The notes under the pieces are model-generated. The model saw nothing but the letters and a program-made list of their open reading frames with translations, searched no databases and was not told the DNA's origin. 64,000 nucleotides of DNA from Felis catus (lineage: Eukaryota): the NCBI RefSeq assembly GCF_018350175.1, contig NC_058383.1, positions 4,402,001 to 4,466,000 on the forward strand, written 5' to 3'. A program made the position numbers and the translations under genes. This document shows, one piece after another, positions 24,679-36,202 of this stretch (positions are counted from its first letter, which is position 1; each line of letters starts with the position of its first letter).

Positions 24679-26644
24679 TCTTTTCACCTTTTGAATCTTA
24701 TACCATATAAATGTACTGTCTAATAAAAAATGAGTAGCATTTAAAAAGAGACAGAGAGTGAAATGAAGTGGGCTGCTCGGGGAGCTGAGAACGTGGACGG
24801 CCCCTTTGGTAGATGTTGTAAACGGGCTCCAATCAGTGGAAGGGGGTGGGTGGAGGTAGAGAGGAGCTGATCAGAAATTCAGTATTACACGCCACTGCTT
24901 CTAAGGGATGCAGTGCTCTCTGTTCTCCTACCTACATTCCCCGCTGGTGAACAAAGGCTAAATCGGTAATGACTTAATTACTAAACACCAAAATGCAAAG
25001 CAGCCCCAAACCCATTTTTAAAAGACCTTGTGCCTGACTATTCTGGGAAACTGAAGGATAAACAACAGCTGGAGAATAGATGAGCTGGTATCTGGATCCT
25101 AACCTTCAAAACAATACTAACCTAGCCACCCACCAGGAACAACAGCTTGACAACAATGTGCGGCCTTCAGACAGCGCTTTTCAGCATTCTCGGTGATGCA
25201 GTTATTAATTCATGGGACCTTCTTTGTAAGGAAGAACCCATTTTCTAGGTGAGACACTGTCCGTGAGAGCAAGATGGCCTGGCCAAATGGAGTCCGTCGT
25301 GAACGGTCATACACATGATAGGACACCACCACCACTCACTTCTAAAATCACAGCGGTTCTCCTGCAGCTCCAGAGGCGGATTTCCTGCCACGGTGCTTCT
25401 CACTGAAGGGCCCAGGGTTCCCAGAGGATAAAACTGAAATGTCTTTGGAAGAGACTAGCGATGCATTGAAACCCACAATTAAAATAAGGCGAGAGAAAAG
25501 CAGTTTGGGTAGATTTAACATTTGGAGCTGTGTTGTTTCTTTAAAATGTATCTTCTCTTCTAAACACAACATGTATTTCACCAAATAGTAATTCTCTCCT
25601 CTCAAGCGCGGCTCGGCTTCGTTCTCAGACTCAACAAATGCTTAAACAATATTAGGCAGAAGAAATATTCTCGATCGCTTCTAACACAAGGATAATTATG
25701 TTCTTCAAAGTGAGGTTAATGAGAACGTCCCAAGGACCATTGTGGAAAGCAGAGTATTCTGCCATGTTAACTTCAAAACTCGAAGGACAAGCGTATCCTG
25801 GCTATCAAATCTAACCGGAGACCATGCTCTCCATCACCTGCGTGCATTTTCGTATCAGGAGGAAAAGGTGACTTCATCATCATCCCAATATAACAAAGAA
25901 GGCGGCTCCTTCCTTCTGAACAGAGGAGGGCACCCACACACCGATGCAGTCAGTAAGGACTGCTATTCCATCTGTGTTCTTCACGGCCTCGGAGAGATTT
26001 CTGGTTAAGTTTTCTTTTGCCCTTTCGTCCTCAAGATGCATCAACCTGTTCTGACTACTCACTGAGGCCTCAACTCTGCTATACAAAGAAAACACTCCAG
26101 AGCCTCCCTTCAACCACTTTCTGCTGCTTCAGTAATGTTTTATGGGCAAGGCAGAAGATTAAGCTTGGTTTCAGATGACCCTGTCAGGGAGCTGAGAGTT
26201 CGTCAACACAAACAGCTTCCTCCAAGAGCAGCCAACACTGTCCCTGGTCGTCACCTCGTCTACGCACAGCAAGGCTTCCTGATGCTGGCAAAGAACCCGA
26301 GAGAAGATAAGACCAAGAGTCCAAGTCACTAGACCCTGCCTTTGTCACTCGCTGCCCTCCAGGCCTCTTCGGAAGTTGCCCGGCTCTCCGTGTACCTTGC
26401 ATCTCACTTGTGGGCCTTCCAGCCTGGTCCAGAAAGTGGAATACAGCAGAAACTGCTCACTTATTTTTAAATGGTTGTCCAGTGAAACTTCTAGATCTAC
26501 CCTCCAGAGTGGAGAAGTTGCTGACCCAGATACGGAGCATTAGGCTGTGGCCAATTCAAACAGAATCCTTGCATCTCAAGCTGCTTTGCTATCTCAGGCA
26601 CTCCCAAAAATGCTGGGTCTGGAAATTCCCAAACCACACCCCCC

Positions 26645-26863
26645 TTTTCTTTTTTAAATGTTTGTTTATTTTTGAGAGAGAGAGAGAGAGACAGAGTGTG
26701 AGTGGGGGAGGAGCAGGGAGAGAGGGAGACACAGAATCCAAAGCAGGGTCCAGGCTCCGAGCTGTCAGCACAGAGCCTGACGCGGGGCTTGAACCCACAA
26801 ACTGTGAGATCATGACCTGAGTTGAAGTCAGACGCTCAACCAACTGACCCACCCAGGCGCCCC
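26645..26863 (-). mobile_element. Can-SINE
   Basis: Full reverse body with (GA)n. Confidence 0.93.
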
Positions 26864-28064
26864 ACTCCCAGACCCCTTAAAGCAGAAGACGAGGCCCGGG
26901 TACCTGACTATTCACAAATGCTTAGCAAACAACTCCAGCAGCCAAAGGGCCACTGCGTTCAGGCCACAATGTCTCTCAGCCGTCAAGGTTACCAGTTTTC
27001 CCCACCTCCAGGTCCAAATGACACACGGACCAAGTCCAGGCAAGAGCCCGATTTTAAGACAGGAAAACAGACAATGAGACTGATGTTGGAACCCTTGAGA
27101 ATCGATAATGGCTGGCAAACTCAAAGCTCAGCAGAACTGGGGCCTTTCCTTCCTTTAACTGAGGAAATCCGAGAACTTCTATTTTTCCCAGGGTAAGGAT
27201 GCACACGGTCTCTCGAGGAAGTCAGATATGTAGCGAGCCAAGCGGAGCAGAGTGGAGTTAAGCGTAATAGGGCGCTCGTGCACACACGAGATGGCAAAGT
27301 GGGGGAGGAACTAGGTCAGACAAGGGTTCTTTGAGGAGTGGGCATCTTCACAGGACTGAATAAAACAAGTATCACGAGTTAGGAGAACACCCAGGCAACC
27401 AATACAGTACTCCTCCTATTGGGATTGACACCTGTCTGTGAAGTGCCCTTCGCAGCTACAGCAGCCATCAACGCCAAGTATCTAAAGTGCAGAACCAGAT
27501 CCCCAAACGCTTCAACTATGAAACACACTTCATGTTAATATTTTAATGCACACAAAAGGATTCACATCATTCTATAAAATTATTTGAGTAGGCTTTCATC
27601 TCACCGTCTTAAATTTTCTGTATTTAAGCATGCTTTGCAATATATGTCACAACAGTAGCACTCACACACACTTTGTAAACATACATACACCAGGGGGGTT
27701 TCTGCTCTACACCATCCTTCTGAGGCAGTGAGCAATCACAATGTTGTACATCTCCTGCTCTATATACTGGAAGGTCACGGAAGGGATCGAGACAGGGCAG
27801 CAGCAATCTGTCCGGGGGCTTGTGTTTCAGAAAGCTTTCATGAATGGCAGAAGCTAGACCAGAGGCGGGAGGATGGCTGAGCAACAACTGGAAGAGTCCA
27901 CGGGAAAGATGAGGGCGAGAGAAACCTGCAGTGGATTCTGGGGTTCTGTGACAACCTATGACAACCCTGGGCCGGTGGAAGCATGAACCTGGTTGGACCA
28001 GGTGATGCAGGAGCAGCAGATGTGAGTGAGGGTGGGAGGCAGAGGTGAGAACGTAAGTTTAATT

Positions 28065-28294
28065 AGAAAAAAAAAATTGTATTTAAGTGTTTATTTTATT
28101 TTAACATTTATTGATTTCTGTGAGACAGAGGAGTGGGAGAGGGACAGGGAGAGGGGGAGACACAGAATCCGAAGCAGGCTCCAGGCTCTGAACTGGCAGC
28201 GCAGAGTCTGATGCGGGGCTGGAACTTATGGACCACAAGATAGTGACCGGAGCTGAGGTCAGATGCTTAACTGACTGAGCCACCCAGGTGCCCC
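28065..28294 (-). mobile_element. Can-SINE
   Basis: TSD aa(c/t)gtaagtttaatt at 28050 and 28295. Confidence 0.93.
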
Positions 28295-28349
28295 AATGTA
28301 AGTTTAATTTTAAACTAGCTTATTTATTCACTCTTTTTAAAAGTAATTT

Positions 28350-28558
28350 TTAAGAGATTTTATTAAAATATTTAAATTTATTTTGAGAGACAGAGAGAGA
28401 GAGCGAGTGAGCATGGGGTAGGGGCAGAGAGAGAGGGAGAGAGAATCTCCAGCAGGCTTTGCACTCAGAGCCTGATGTGGGGCTCAAATTCACAAACCAT
28501 GAGATCATGACCTGAGCTGAAGTCGGACGCTTAACCGACTGAGCCACCCAGGCGTCCC
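28350..28558 (-). mobile_element. Can-SINE
   Basis: Full reverse body. Confidence 0.9.
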
Positions 28559-28562
28559 AAAC

Positions 28563-28675
28563 ATTTTTTTAAAAGCAGGCTTCATGCCCACCATGGAGCC
28601 CAACGTGGGGCTTGAACTCACGACCCTGAGATCAAGACCTGAGCTGAGATCAAGAGGACGCATAAGTGACTCAAC
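28563..28675 (-). mobile_element. Short Can-SINE variant lacking (CT)n
   Basis: cccaacgtggggcttgaactcacgaccctgagatcaagacctgagctgagatcaagag. Confidence 0.8.
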
Positions 28676-28747
28676 ACTCACTTGTCATATGCTGAGATAC
28701 TGGGGACAGCAATAGGCAAGTCAGACTCTACCTTTTCTTTCGTTCTT

Positions 28748-28842
28748 CTTTTTTTTTTTTTTTAAGTAATCTCTACACTCATTGTGGGGTTTGACCTCAG
28801 GACCCTGAGATTAAGACTCACAGGCTCCAGTTGGGCACCCCA
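28748..28842 (-). mobile_element. Short tRNA-Lys-derived SINE, deleted
   Basis: Poly-T, aagtaatctctacac, ccctgagattaagactcac. Confidence 0.7.
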
Positions 28843-28849
28843 TTACCTT

Positions 28850-29600
28850 CTTGAAGCATATGTTCTAGTGAAGGAGAGAAATCTGGGGCAAACAGGGATC
28901 TGGGGCAACTACGACAGCAATGGGAACATTTCAGAAGAATAGCACTGGGTGCTGTGAGCGTGAAATAGCACTTACATTAGCCTGGAGATCAGGAAAGCCT
29001 TTTTGAGGATGTGACACTGAAGCACAGCCCTGAAGTGTGTGCAGATTTAGCCAGGTATGGAGGAAGGGTGTTCCAGGCAGAGGGAAGGGGGTATGTGAAG
29101 GCCTGACGAAGGAGAGGACCTGTCTCACTGGAGGAGCACAGTGGAAGCTGGTACGGCTGGAGCTCAAAGGGCAGGGCCGAGTGGCCAGTGAATCCTGCTT
29201 CCTGCTGCAGGCATGGAGTCGAGAAGGAAGAGTCTGGAAAGCTGGGGCATGGGTGGGAAATGCAATGATTTGACTTACATTTTCTTAAGTTGATTTATTT
29301 ATTTTGAGAAACAGAGAGGGGGAGAGAGAATCCCAAGCAGACTCCACAATGACAGTGCAGAGCCAGACATGGGGTTTGAACTCATGGACCTCGAGATCAT
29401 GACCGGAGCCTAAATCGAGAGTTGGAAGCTCAACTGACTGAGCCACCCAGGGGTCCCTTGACTTACCTTTTCAAAAGCTCATGCTGGCTGCACAGGCAGG
29501 GAATGGCTCCTGGGGGTGGGGACGAGGCTGTAGGACCTTGCAGCAGCCTCCTCACTAAAATTAGGGCCAAGTACATAACTTCTAGGGGGACAAGCCCTAG
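28850..29600 (-). mobile_element. L2 fragment split by a Can-SINE
   Basis: gagatcaggaaagcc...aagggtgttccaggcagagggaa. Confidence 0.65.
29284..29457 (-). mobile_element. Can-SINE
   Basis: TSD ttgacttac(a/c)tttt at 29270 and 29458. Confidence 0.92.
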
Positions 29601-29931
29601 AGTGTGGATTTGATTCTTGGCCAGACTTCCTTCACAGCCCTCTACAAATAAGGCTATGACCTACTTCCTGAAACAGGCTGCCAACAATGAGCCGACCTGG
29701 CAGGGGTGAGGCTGGCCTGTGACTGGGGAAATGGCACCAGGCCTATCTTTCCTTGTTAGGAATAAGAGAATCGCTTTTCCAACATCTCTTCAAGAAGAGA
29801 CTTTAAGAAGTGGATTTTCAGCTTTGTGTCTTTAGATAAGCTTCCCATTGAAATGTCTGTATGGAAGGGGGGAAAAAAAAGGGAGCGTCTTTTTTTTTTT
29901 TTTTTTTTTTTTAAAGACTTCATGTTTTGCA

Positions 29932-30104
29932 AGTATTCTCGTGGCTCAACTGGTTGAGTGTCTGCCTCTGGATTTCGACTCAGGCCACGATCTCATGGTT
30001 TGTGAGTTCGAGCGCCATGTTGGGGTCCGCACTGACAGCATGGAGCCTCCTTGGGATTCTCTCTCTCCCTCTCTCTCCTCCCCTCCTATCTCTCTCTTTC
30101 TCTA

Positions 30105-30141
<37 letters not shown>

Positions 30142-30190
30142 GAAAAGAAAAGAAAAGAAAAGAAAAGAAAAGAAAAGAAAAGAAAAAAAA
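29932..30190 (+). mobile_element. Can-SINE whose tail has become (AAAAG)13
   Basis: gtggctcaactggttgag head; pure pentamer array at 30118-30182. Confidence 0.9.
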
Positions 30191-30191
30191 G

Positions 30192-30270
30192 TATTCTTTA
30201 CACCCAACGTGGGGCTCAAACCCAAAACCCGGACATCAAGAGCCACGTGCTCTACTGACTGAGCCAGCCA
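30192..30270 (-). mobile_element. Short tRNA-Lys-derived SINE, tail-to-tail with the previous element
   Basis: tacacccaacgtggggctcaaac...gctctactgactgagccagcca. Confidence 0.8.
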
Positions 30271-31040
30271 CGGGAAGGGGGCATCTTTAACATGCGTCCT
30301 GAGCTCACACACCCCTCCCGCTGCCCCGCGTCACCGGCTCAAACTCCAAACCAGTACAGGGTGCTTCAGACCCATGTCACTCAGTCTTCACGGCAATAAG
30401 GGAAGTATGGACCGTCAGGTCGCCATTCTTTTCCATAGAGTAGGCAAGAAAAGGCAGGCTGAGGGAGGCAATTTCACTTGTTTAAGGTTTTGGAGCCACG
30501 GACTCAGTCTGCTTGATTCCAAGTCCACTTGCTCTTTCCACGCCGTTCTCACTGCCTGCCAGCACGGGGCCTGCCAGCAAGAACAGGTCATTGTTTAGTG
30601 GAAAACCCGAGGGCACAAGGGTATGAGACAAGCCCTGAGGTTACAATGGGCATCTTGTGTGAGAGCAGATGAAAGGGCGGCCAGGCCCCGAGGGGCAGGC
30701 GGTGCGACAGGGCGGATAACCAGCTGCAGCTGCTTCCCCGTGCCTCCCGGAGGCTGGGAATGACCCAGCAGGGGCAGGATGCGCTAGGACTGAACCCGAG
30801 GACACCATTTCTTAACGATAATGACAGGAACCTGCTAGTCACAGCGAACTCAGACGGGACACATGCGAGGAAGTAGCTTTTCCTGCGACCTCTGGCCAGC
30901 TGCACGGCTGCGGGGGCACAGAAGGAAGCGGGCTGTTAGACTGCCGTTAGACATGCAGACAGGTTTCGTGTGAGCATTCCACAGCAGAACCACGCATCGC
31001 TACTTGGTCCTTCCGTCACCCAGTCCCTGGGCCTTTATTT

Positions 31041-31254
31041 AAAAGAAAAAAATTTTTAATGTTGATTTATTTTTGAGAGAGAGAGAGACCGAGCATGAGT
31101 GGGGGAGGGGCGGAGAAGGAGACAGAATCTGAAGCAGGCTCCAAGCTCTGAGCTGTCAGCACAGAGCCCGATGTGGGGCTCGAACCCATGAGCTGTAAGA
31201 TCATGACCTGAGCCGAAGTGGGACGCTTAACCGATTCGGCCACCCAGGCGCCCC
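31041..31254 (-). mobile_element. Can-SINE
   Basis: TSD ccctgggcctttattt at 31025-31040 and 31265-31280. Confidence 0.95.
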
Positions 31255-32598
31255 TCCCCTAATGCCCTGGGCCTTTATTTGTAAGTACTTGCCCCTCACT
31301 TCCCTGAAGGTGGCCATGATGATGATGTACGAAGACTTGCTAATGACAGCGCCTGAGACCATCATACCGCCGTGTCTGCTCTGGGGGACGTTTTGTTCCC
31401 AGTGACACTGGTGAGGGAGACAAGTTCTGTACTGAAAGAAACGATGACATTCCTCCTTCCGTCCCCTGCCCCCTTCAGTAAACACCTCCTGAGACAGCGA
31501 GGCTGCCACCTCGACCAGGCTCTATTCTCAGCAAAGGGATCAGTGGACAAATGAGGTCGCTGCTCCTTATGGTCTCCGCTCCGACCAACAAGTAGATAAA
31601 CATCCACTCTGCAGGAAGACCGTGAAGAACACACAGGGCACGAGCGGGGGCGGGGAGGCTGCCATTTTACACTGGGGTGAAGGACGCCGGCCTGGTGCTC
31701 AGGTGGCGATCCAGTCTGAACCCGAAGGGGATCTAGCAGAGTGGAAGCAAGGGAGTGGGATGACCTGGGACAGCAGGAAAGGAGCTCAGAGAAGCAGCCC
31801 CCGGGGGCTTCGTGGCTGATCCTGAGCCAGCACCCAGGGCCAGCACAGTTGGCCTCCTGTCAGGACACACACCTGACACCCTTGACCTCGCAATGCACTG
31901 CCTGCGTGTCCTTTTTCTTCTGGCAACGCCTACCCATCAGTTCTCATCTCAAACGCTAGGGGCTCTGGGCGACGCAAATGACCTGGGCGAGAGCTGGCAC
32001 TCTTTCCCTGGACTCCTCGAGCACTTGGCTCCCACTCTATCACAGCTCTTTTAAGTGTCTCGTAATTATCTGATTACATCACATCTCCAAGGAGCCAAGC
32101 ACTCCTTGCAGGCAAAGACTATGCTCTGCTGATCACTACGGACGGACTTGGAACGGAAGATTCAATTAATCTGTTCAAAAAACAGCACCCTTTGAACGCC
32201 TACTTCGTGCCACACGGGGATGTACTGGTGAGTAAGCCAGCAGATTTCTGGATCACAAGGTGCTTACAGCCTACCGCGCTGTCTCAGGTGTCTCTGGATT
32301 TCCATGGCCATGCGCTAAGTCTGAGCCACGCGAGGGAGCGAGTGCATGAAAAACCTCAGATGAAGGCTGTCAATACAAAGCACGTTCCTCTTTATGCAGA
32401 GTTACAAACACACCTCCCACCCTTACTCCTGGGACTTCTGCATTTTGTATGTGAAAAAGGCATTTGAAATCTCTTAGTAAACGGATTCCCTTCCCCAAAG
32501 AATATTATCTCCTCCTTATCAGGCCTTCATATTTATAATCATGCAAAATACAATGATGAGTTTATGAGAAAATCAAGTCATATACAATATACTTTCAG

Positions 32599-32725
32599 AG
32601 GGTGCCTGGCTTGCTCCGCTGGTAGAGTACACAACTCTTGAACTCCGGGTCATGAGTTCAAGGCCCATGCTGGGTACAGAGCTCACTTAACAAGAATCAA
32701 TGTTATATATATATATATAAAAAAA
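32599..32725 (+). mobile_element. Short tRNA-Lys-derived SINE with (TA)n in the tail
   Basis: gggtgcctggcttgctccgctggtagag...gagttcaaggcccatgctggg. Confidence 0.8.
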
Positions 32726-33347
32726 CCTTTCAGGTTGTGTCACCGCAGCTTGTGCCTTAAGGATACAGGTTATGTCTTTCTTACAGAGGCTCCTTTCCTT
32801 GCTCCCCCAATTCCCTTTACCAATCCAATGCACAAAACTGTCACGATCAGTTATTCCCAAGGAGCTAATGGCCAAATGCCTGCGGATGGTGCCTGAGAAA
32901 GTCCCGAATCTCTGAATTCCAAGGTCCTTCGTTGGCTTTAACCTACAGCCTCAACATGTAGAAACAGATAGCTCTTCATTTCGGACAAGAGGTGCTTCAC
33001 TAACAGTAGTGCCTACTAACTCGTTGCGCCTTTGAGAACCTCTCCGGTTGAAAGTCAGGACCGAAAAATCAGTCCGCCGCGCTCTCTCCCTCTCCCACCC
33101 AGGGCTCTCGTCGGTTACCACCTGAGGTCAGACTGCAGGTTCCTCTGGCCCCCAGCCACCAGAACAAGACGGTCTAGTCTGCCTGGGCCCATTTTTCTTA
33201 AAGGGCAAAAGAAATGTGAGCATTAATTCTTTTAATGATGTTCTGTAATTACCTGATTACATCACATCCCCACATGGAGCCAAGCTCACCTTGCAGCCAT
33301 TTCTCTTCCCCTCAAAGTAACAATCCCTGAGGCAGAAGAACGTTCTT

Positions 33348-33587
33348 TTCTTTTCTTTCTTTATTTTTTAAAGTTTATTTATTTTGAGAGAGGGAGAGAG
33401 AGGGAGAATGAGGGAGAGAGAGAGGAGAGAGAGGAGAGAGAGACAGATGAACAGAGGGAGGGCAGAGAGAATCCCAAGCGGGCTGGCTCCATGCTGACGC
33501 GGGGCTCATTCTCACACACTGTGAGATCATGACCTGAACTGAAATCAAGAGTCAGATGCGTCAACAACTTGAGCCACACAGGCGCCC
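33348..33587 (-). mobile_element. Can-SINE
   Basis: Reverse body, (GA)n, T-rich tail. Confidence 0.9.
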
Positions 33588-33816
33588 AGAACCTTTTGAT
33601 TTCTAAACGCAGAAATTCAAATCTGGACATGGCCAGGTGACAGGTCTAGGCAACATTACTGAGGAAGAGACTTCTTCGGGAAAGATTTCACACTGTTCTT
33701 ACTTTTTGATGGTTATACATACAGACACTAAATTAATTTTCAAAAAAATGTGTGCCCTGGATGCATACCCTCCCATTTCTAGATACAGAAGCAGACTTTG
33801 AAAAAAGAAATCACCA

Positions 33817-33910
33817 GGGGTACCTGGCTGGCTCAGTCGGTGGAGTGTGCAACTCTTGATCTTGGGGTGTGGGTGTTGAGAAAACTTAAAAAATAAAATC
33901 TTAAAAAAGG
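33817..33910 (+). mobile_element. Short tRNA-Lys-derived SINE, truncated
   Basis: cctggctggctcagtcggtggagtgtgcaactcttgatc. Confidence 0.75.
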
Positions 33911-34424
33911 GGGAAAAAAAGGAAAACAAATCTCTAAACCTCTAAACCTCACTCTCGTAGATTGGAAAGAAGCCAAGCATTCCTCTCCTTTAGGTTCATT
34001 TAGGATTAGGTGACAAATTGGAATGGGGGACTTCAAATTTGGTTTCTGTACTAATGCTGCCCCCTAGGGATAGAAGTTAAAAAGGCACCAAGACTCACAG
34101 AGATGCATGCTGCCGAGGACAGGGGAATGCTTGAGAAATTCACACGAGGAAAACCATCTACATTATGACCACAGCGCCTGCATTTTATTCTACTACGGAC
34201 ACCAGAGTTCTAAGATAAAGTGATATGTAAATGCTGCCTAGAATAAATGTAAGTTTAATTTTACCAGAATAACCATAAACAAAAATACCAATTCCCTTAT
34301 AGAGTTATTCAAATACTGAGGACTCCTTCTCTCGAATGTCCATTTAACAGAATCACTGGGATGGTATCAGCAACACCCAGGGCAATGTCAGGAGGTGGGC
34401 GTTTACGTAGAAATTTGGAGACAA

Positions 34425-34860
34425 ATAGGTGAGCTCCTACTAGGTACTATGACTACTGCTCTGGGTGCTGGGGAACAAAATGAAAAAATATGACCCTCCA
34501 CCTTCATGGGAGCTACTGGAGACAATGTCACATAAAATACATATAGGACATGATTTTAGGTGCTAAGGAGAAAATTACAGGAAGGAAGAATAGTCTGGGG
34601 GTGCTGAGGTGCAGAGATCGTTCCCAATTATAGAGCAGGTGGTTGGGGAAGGCCTCTCTGAGAAGGCGTATTTAAACAAAGATGTGAGAAGGTGAGAAAG
34701 TGAGGTCTCCTTGTGACGTCTGGAGAAAGCGTTCCAGGTCACTGGAACAGCAAGGAGTGTGGAGGGAACAACAGAATGAGTGGGGTGTCTGGGGCCTGGG
34801 AGGTAATGACACAGACTGTGGCTTACACCCAGAGTAAAGAGAGGTTGAGTTGAGGATTCT
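34425..34860 (-). mobile_element. L2 3' fragment
   Basis: tgagctcctactagg...tgctctgggtgctgggga...gggaaggcctctctgagaagg. Confidence 0.7.
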
Positions 34861-35080
34861 CTCTACAAGGACCTGAGCAGGTTAAGTCCCAAAGAACCCT
34901 ATCTGCCAGCACCCCTTTCATGGAGAGCTCTGCTGCTCTGAGCCACCTCTTTCCCAGGGCCCTGCCTTAGAGAGGGCTGATGGGCAGCAGGGCAGGGGCT
35001 GTGACTAAGCCCAGACCAAAGGGGCTTGCTCATAGCACAGTGCAACAATACAAGTTTGTGCAATCGAAGTTACTTATAGC

Positions 35081-35647
35081 TATGATTTTCATACTATAAA
35101 TTGCAACCCACTGTTGGGTTATGAAACCATTTTAGTAGATTATGACCAGTGTTTATTTGTTCACTTTTTTTTTTATTTTTTATTAAAAAAATTTTTTTTC
35201 ATGTTTATTTATTTTTAAGACAGAGACAGACAGAGCATGAACAGGGGAGGGTCAGAGAGAGAGGGAGACACAGAATCCAAAACGGGCACCAGGCTCTGAG
35301 CTGTCAGCACAGAGCCTGACGCGGGGCTCGAACTCACGGACCGCCAGATCATGACCTGGGCTGAAGTCAGATGCTCAATCGACTGAGCCACCCAGGTGCC
35401 CCTTACTTGTTCACTTTTTTTAAGTTTATTTTATTTTTGAGAGAGAGCACGTGTGTGAGTAGGGGAGAGATGGGGGGAGGATGGACAGAGGATCTGAAGC
35501 GGGTTCTGTGCTGACAGCAAGAGCCTGATTCAGGGCTCGAACTCACAGACCATGAAATCATGACCTGAGCCGAAATTGGATGCTTAACCTCCTGAAGCAC
35601 CCAGGTGCCTTTTTTTTTCTTTTTTAGAAATGTTTTGAATCTTTATT

Positions 35648-35697
<50 letters not shown>

Positions 35698-36202
35698 TGT
35701 TAGCACAGAGCCCAATGTGAGGCTTGAACTCACCAAGTGCGAGATCTGAGCCACCCAGGTGCCCCTTTTTCTTAAAAAAAAAAAAAAAAAATGTTTCTTT
35801 ATTTTGAGAGGGAGTGGGGGGGAGGAGAGAGAGAGAAAAAGAGAAAGAGGGAGGGAATGAGCAGGGGGAGGGGCAGAGAGAGGGAGAGAGAGAATCCCAA
35901 GCAGGCTCCACGCGGTCGGCACGGAGCCCGACTGGCGGCTTGATCTCATGAATGGTAAGATCATGACCTGAGCTGAAATCAAGAGTTGGACGCTTCACCA
36001 ACTGAGCCACCCAGGCACCCCTTGTTTATTTGTCAAACTAGAACAGAAAAGAAGATACTAGAGTTCATACCAAATGTCAGGTACAGGTTTTGTAAAATCA
36101 CTGTTCTGGTTACATACATGTAAGTTATTTACATACATATTGGTTTTACAGTCAAATATATTCTTACTATAGATCACAGTCAAAACAGATGGAAAGCCAT
36201 TA
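35081..36202. mobile_element. Old hAT-Charlie MITE (MER112/113-like) split by a stack of SINEs
   Basis: Left half aacccactgttgggttatgaaaccattttagtagattatgaccag; right half ttcttactatagatcacagtcaaaac...gaaagccat. Confidence 0.6.
35165..36021 (-). mobile_element. Four consecutive Can-SINEs (35165-35402, 35415-35609, 35615-35765 deleted, 35770-36021)
   Basis: Four reverse heads ending ccaggtgcc or ccaggcacccc, each preceded by a T-rich tail. Confidence 0.93.
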
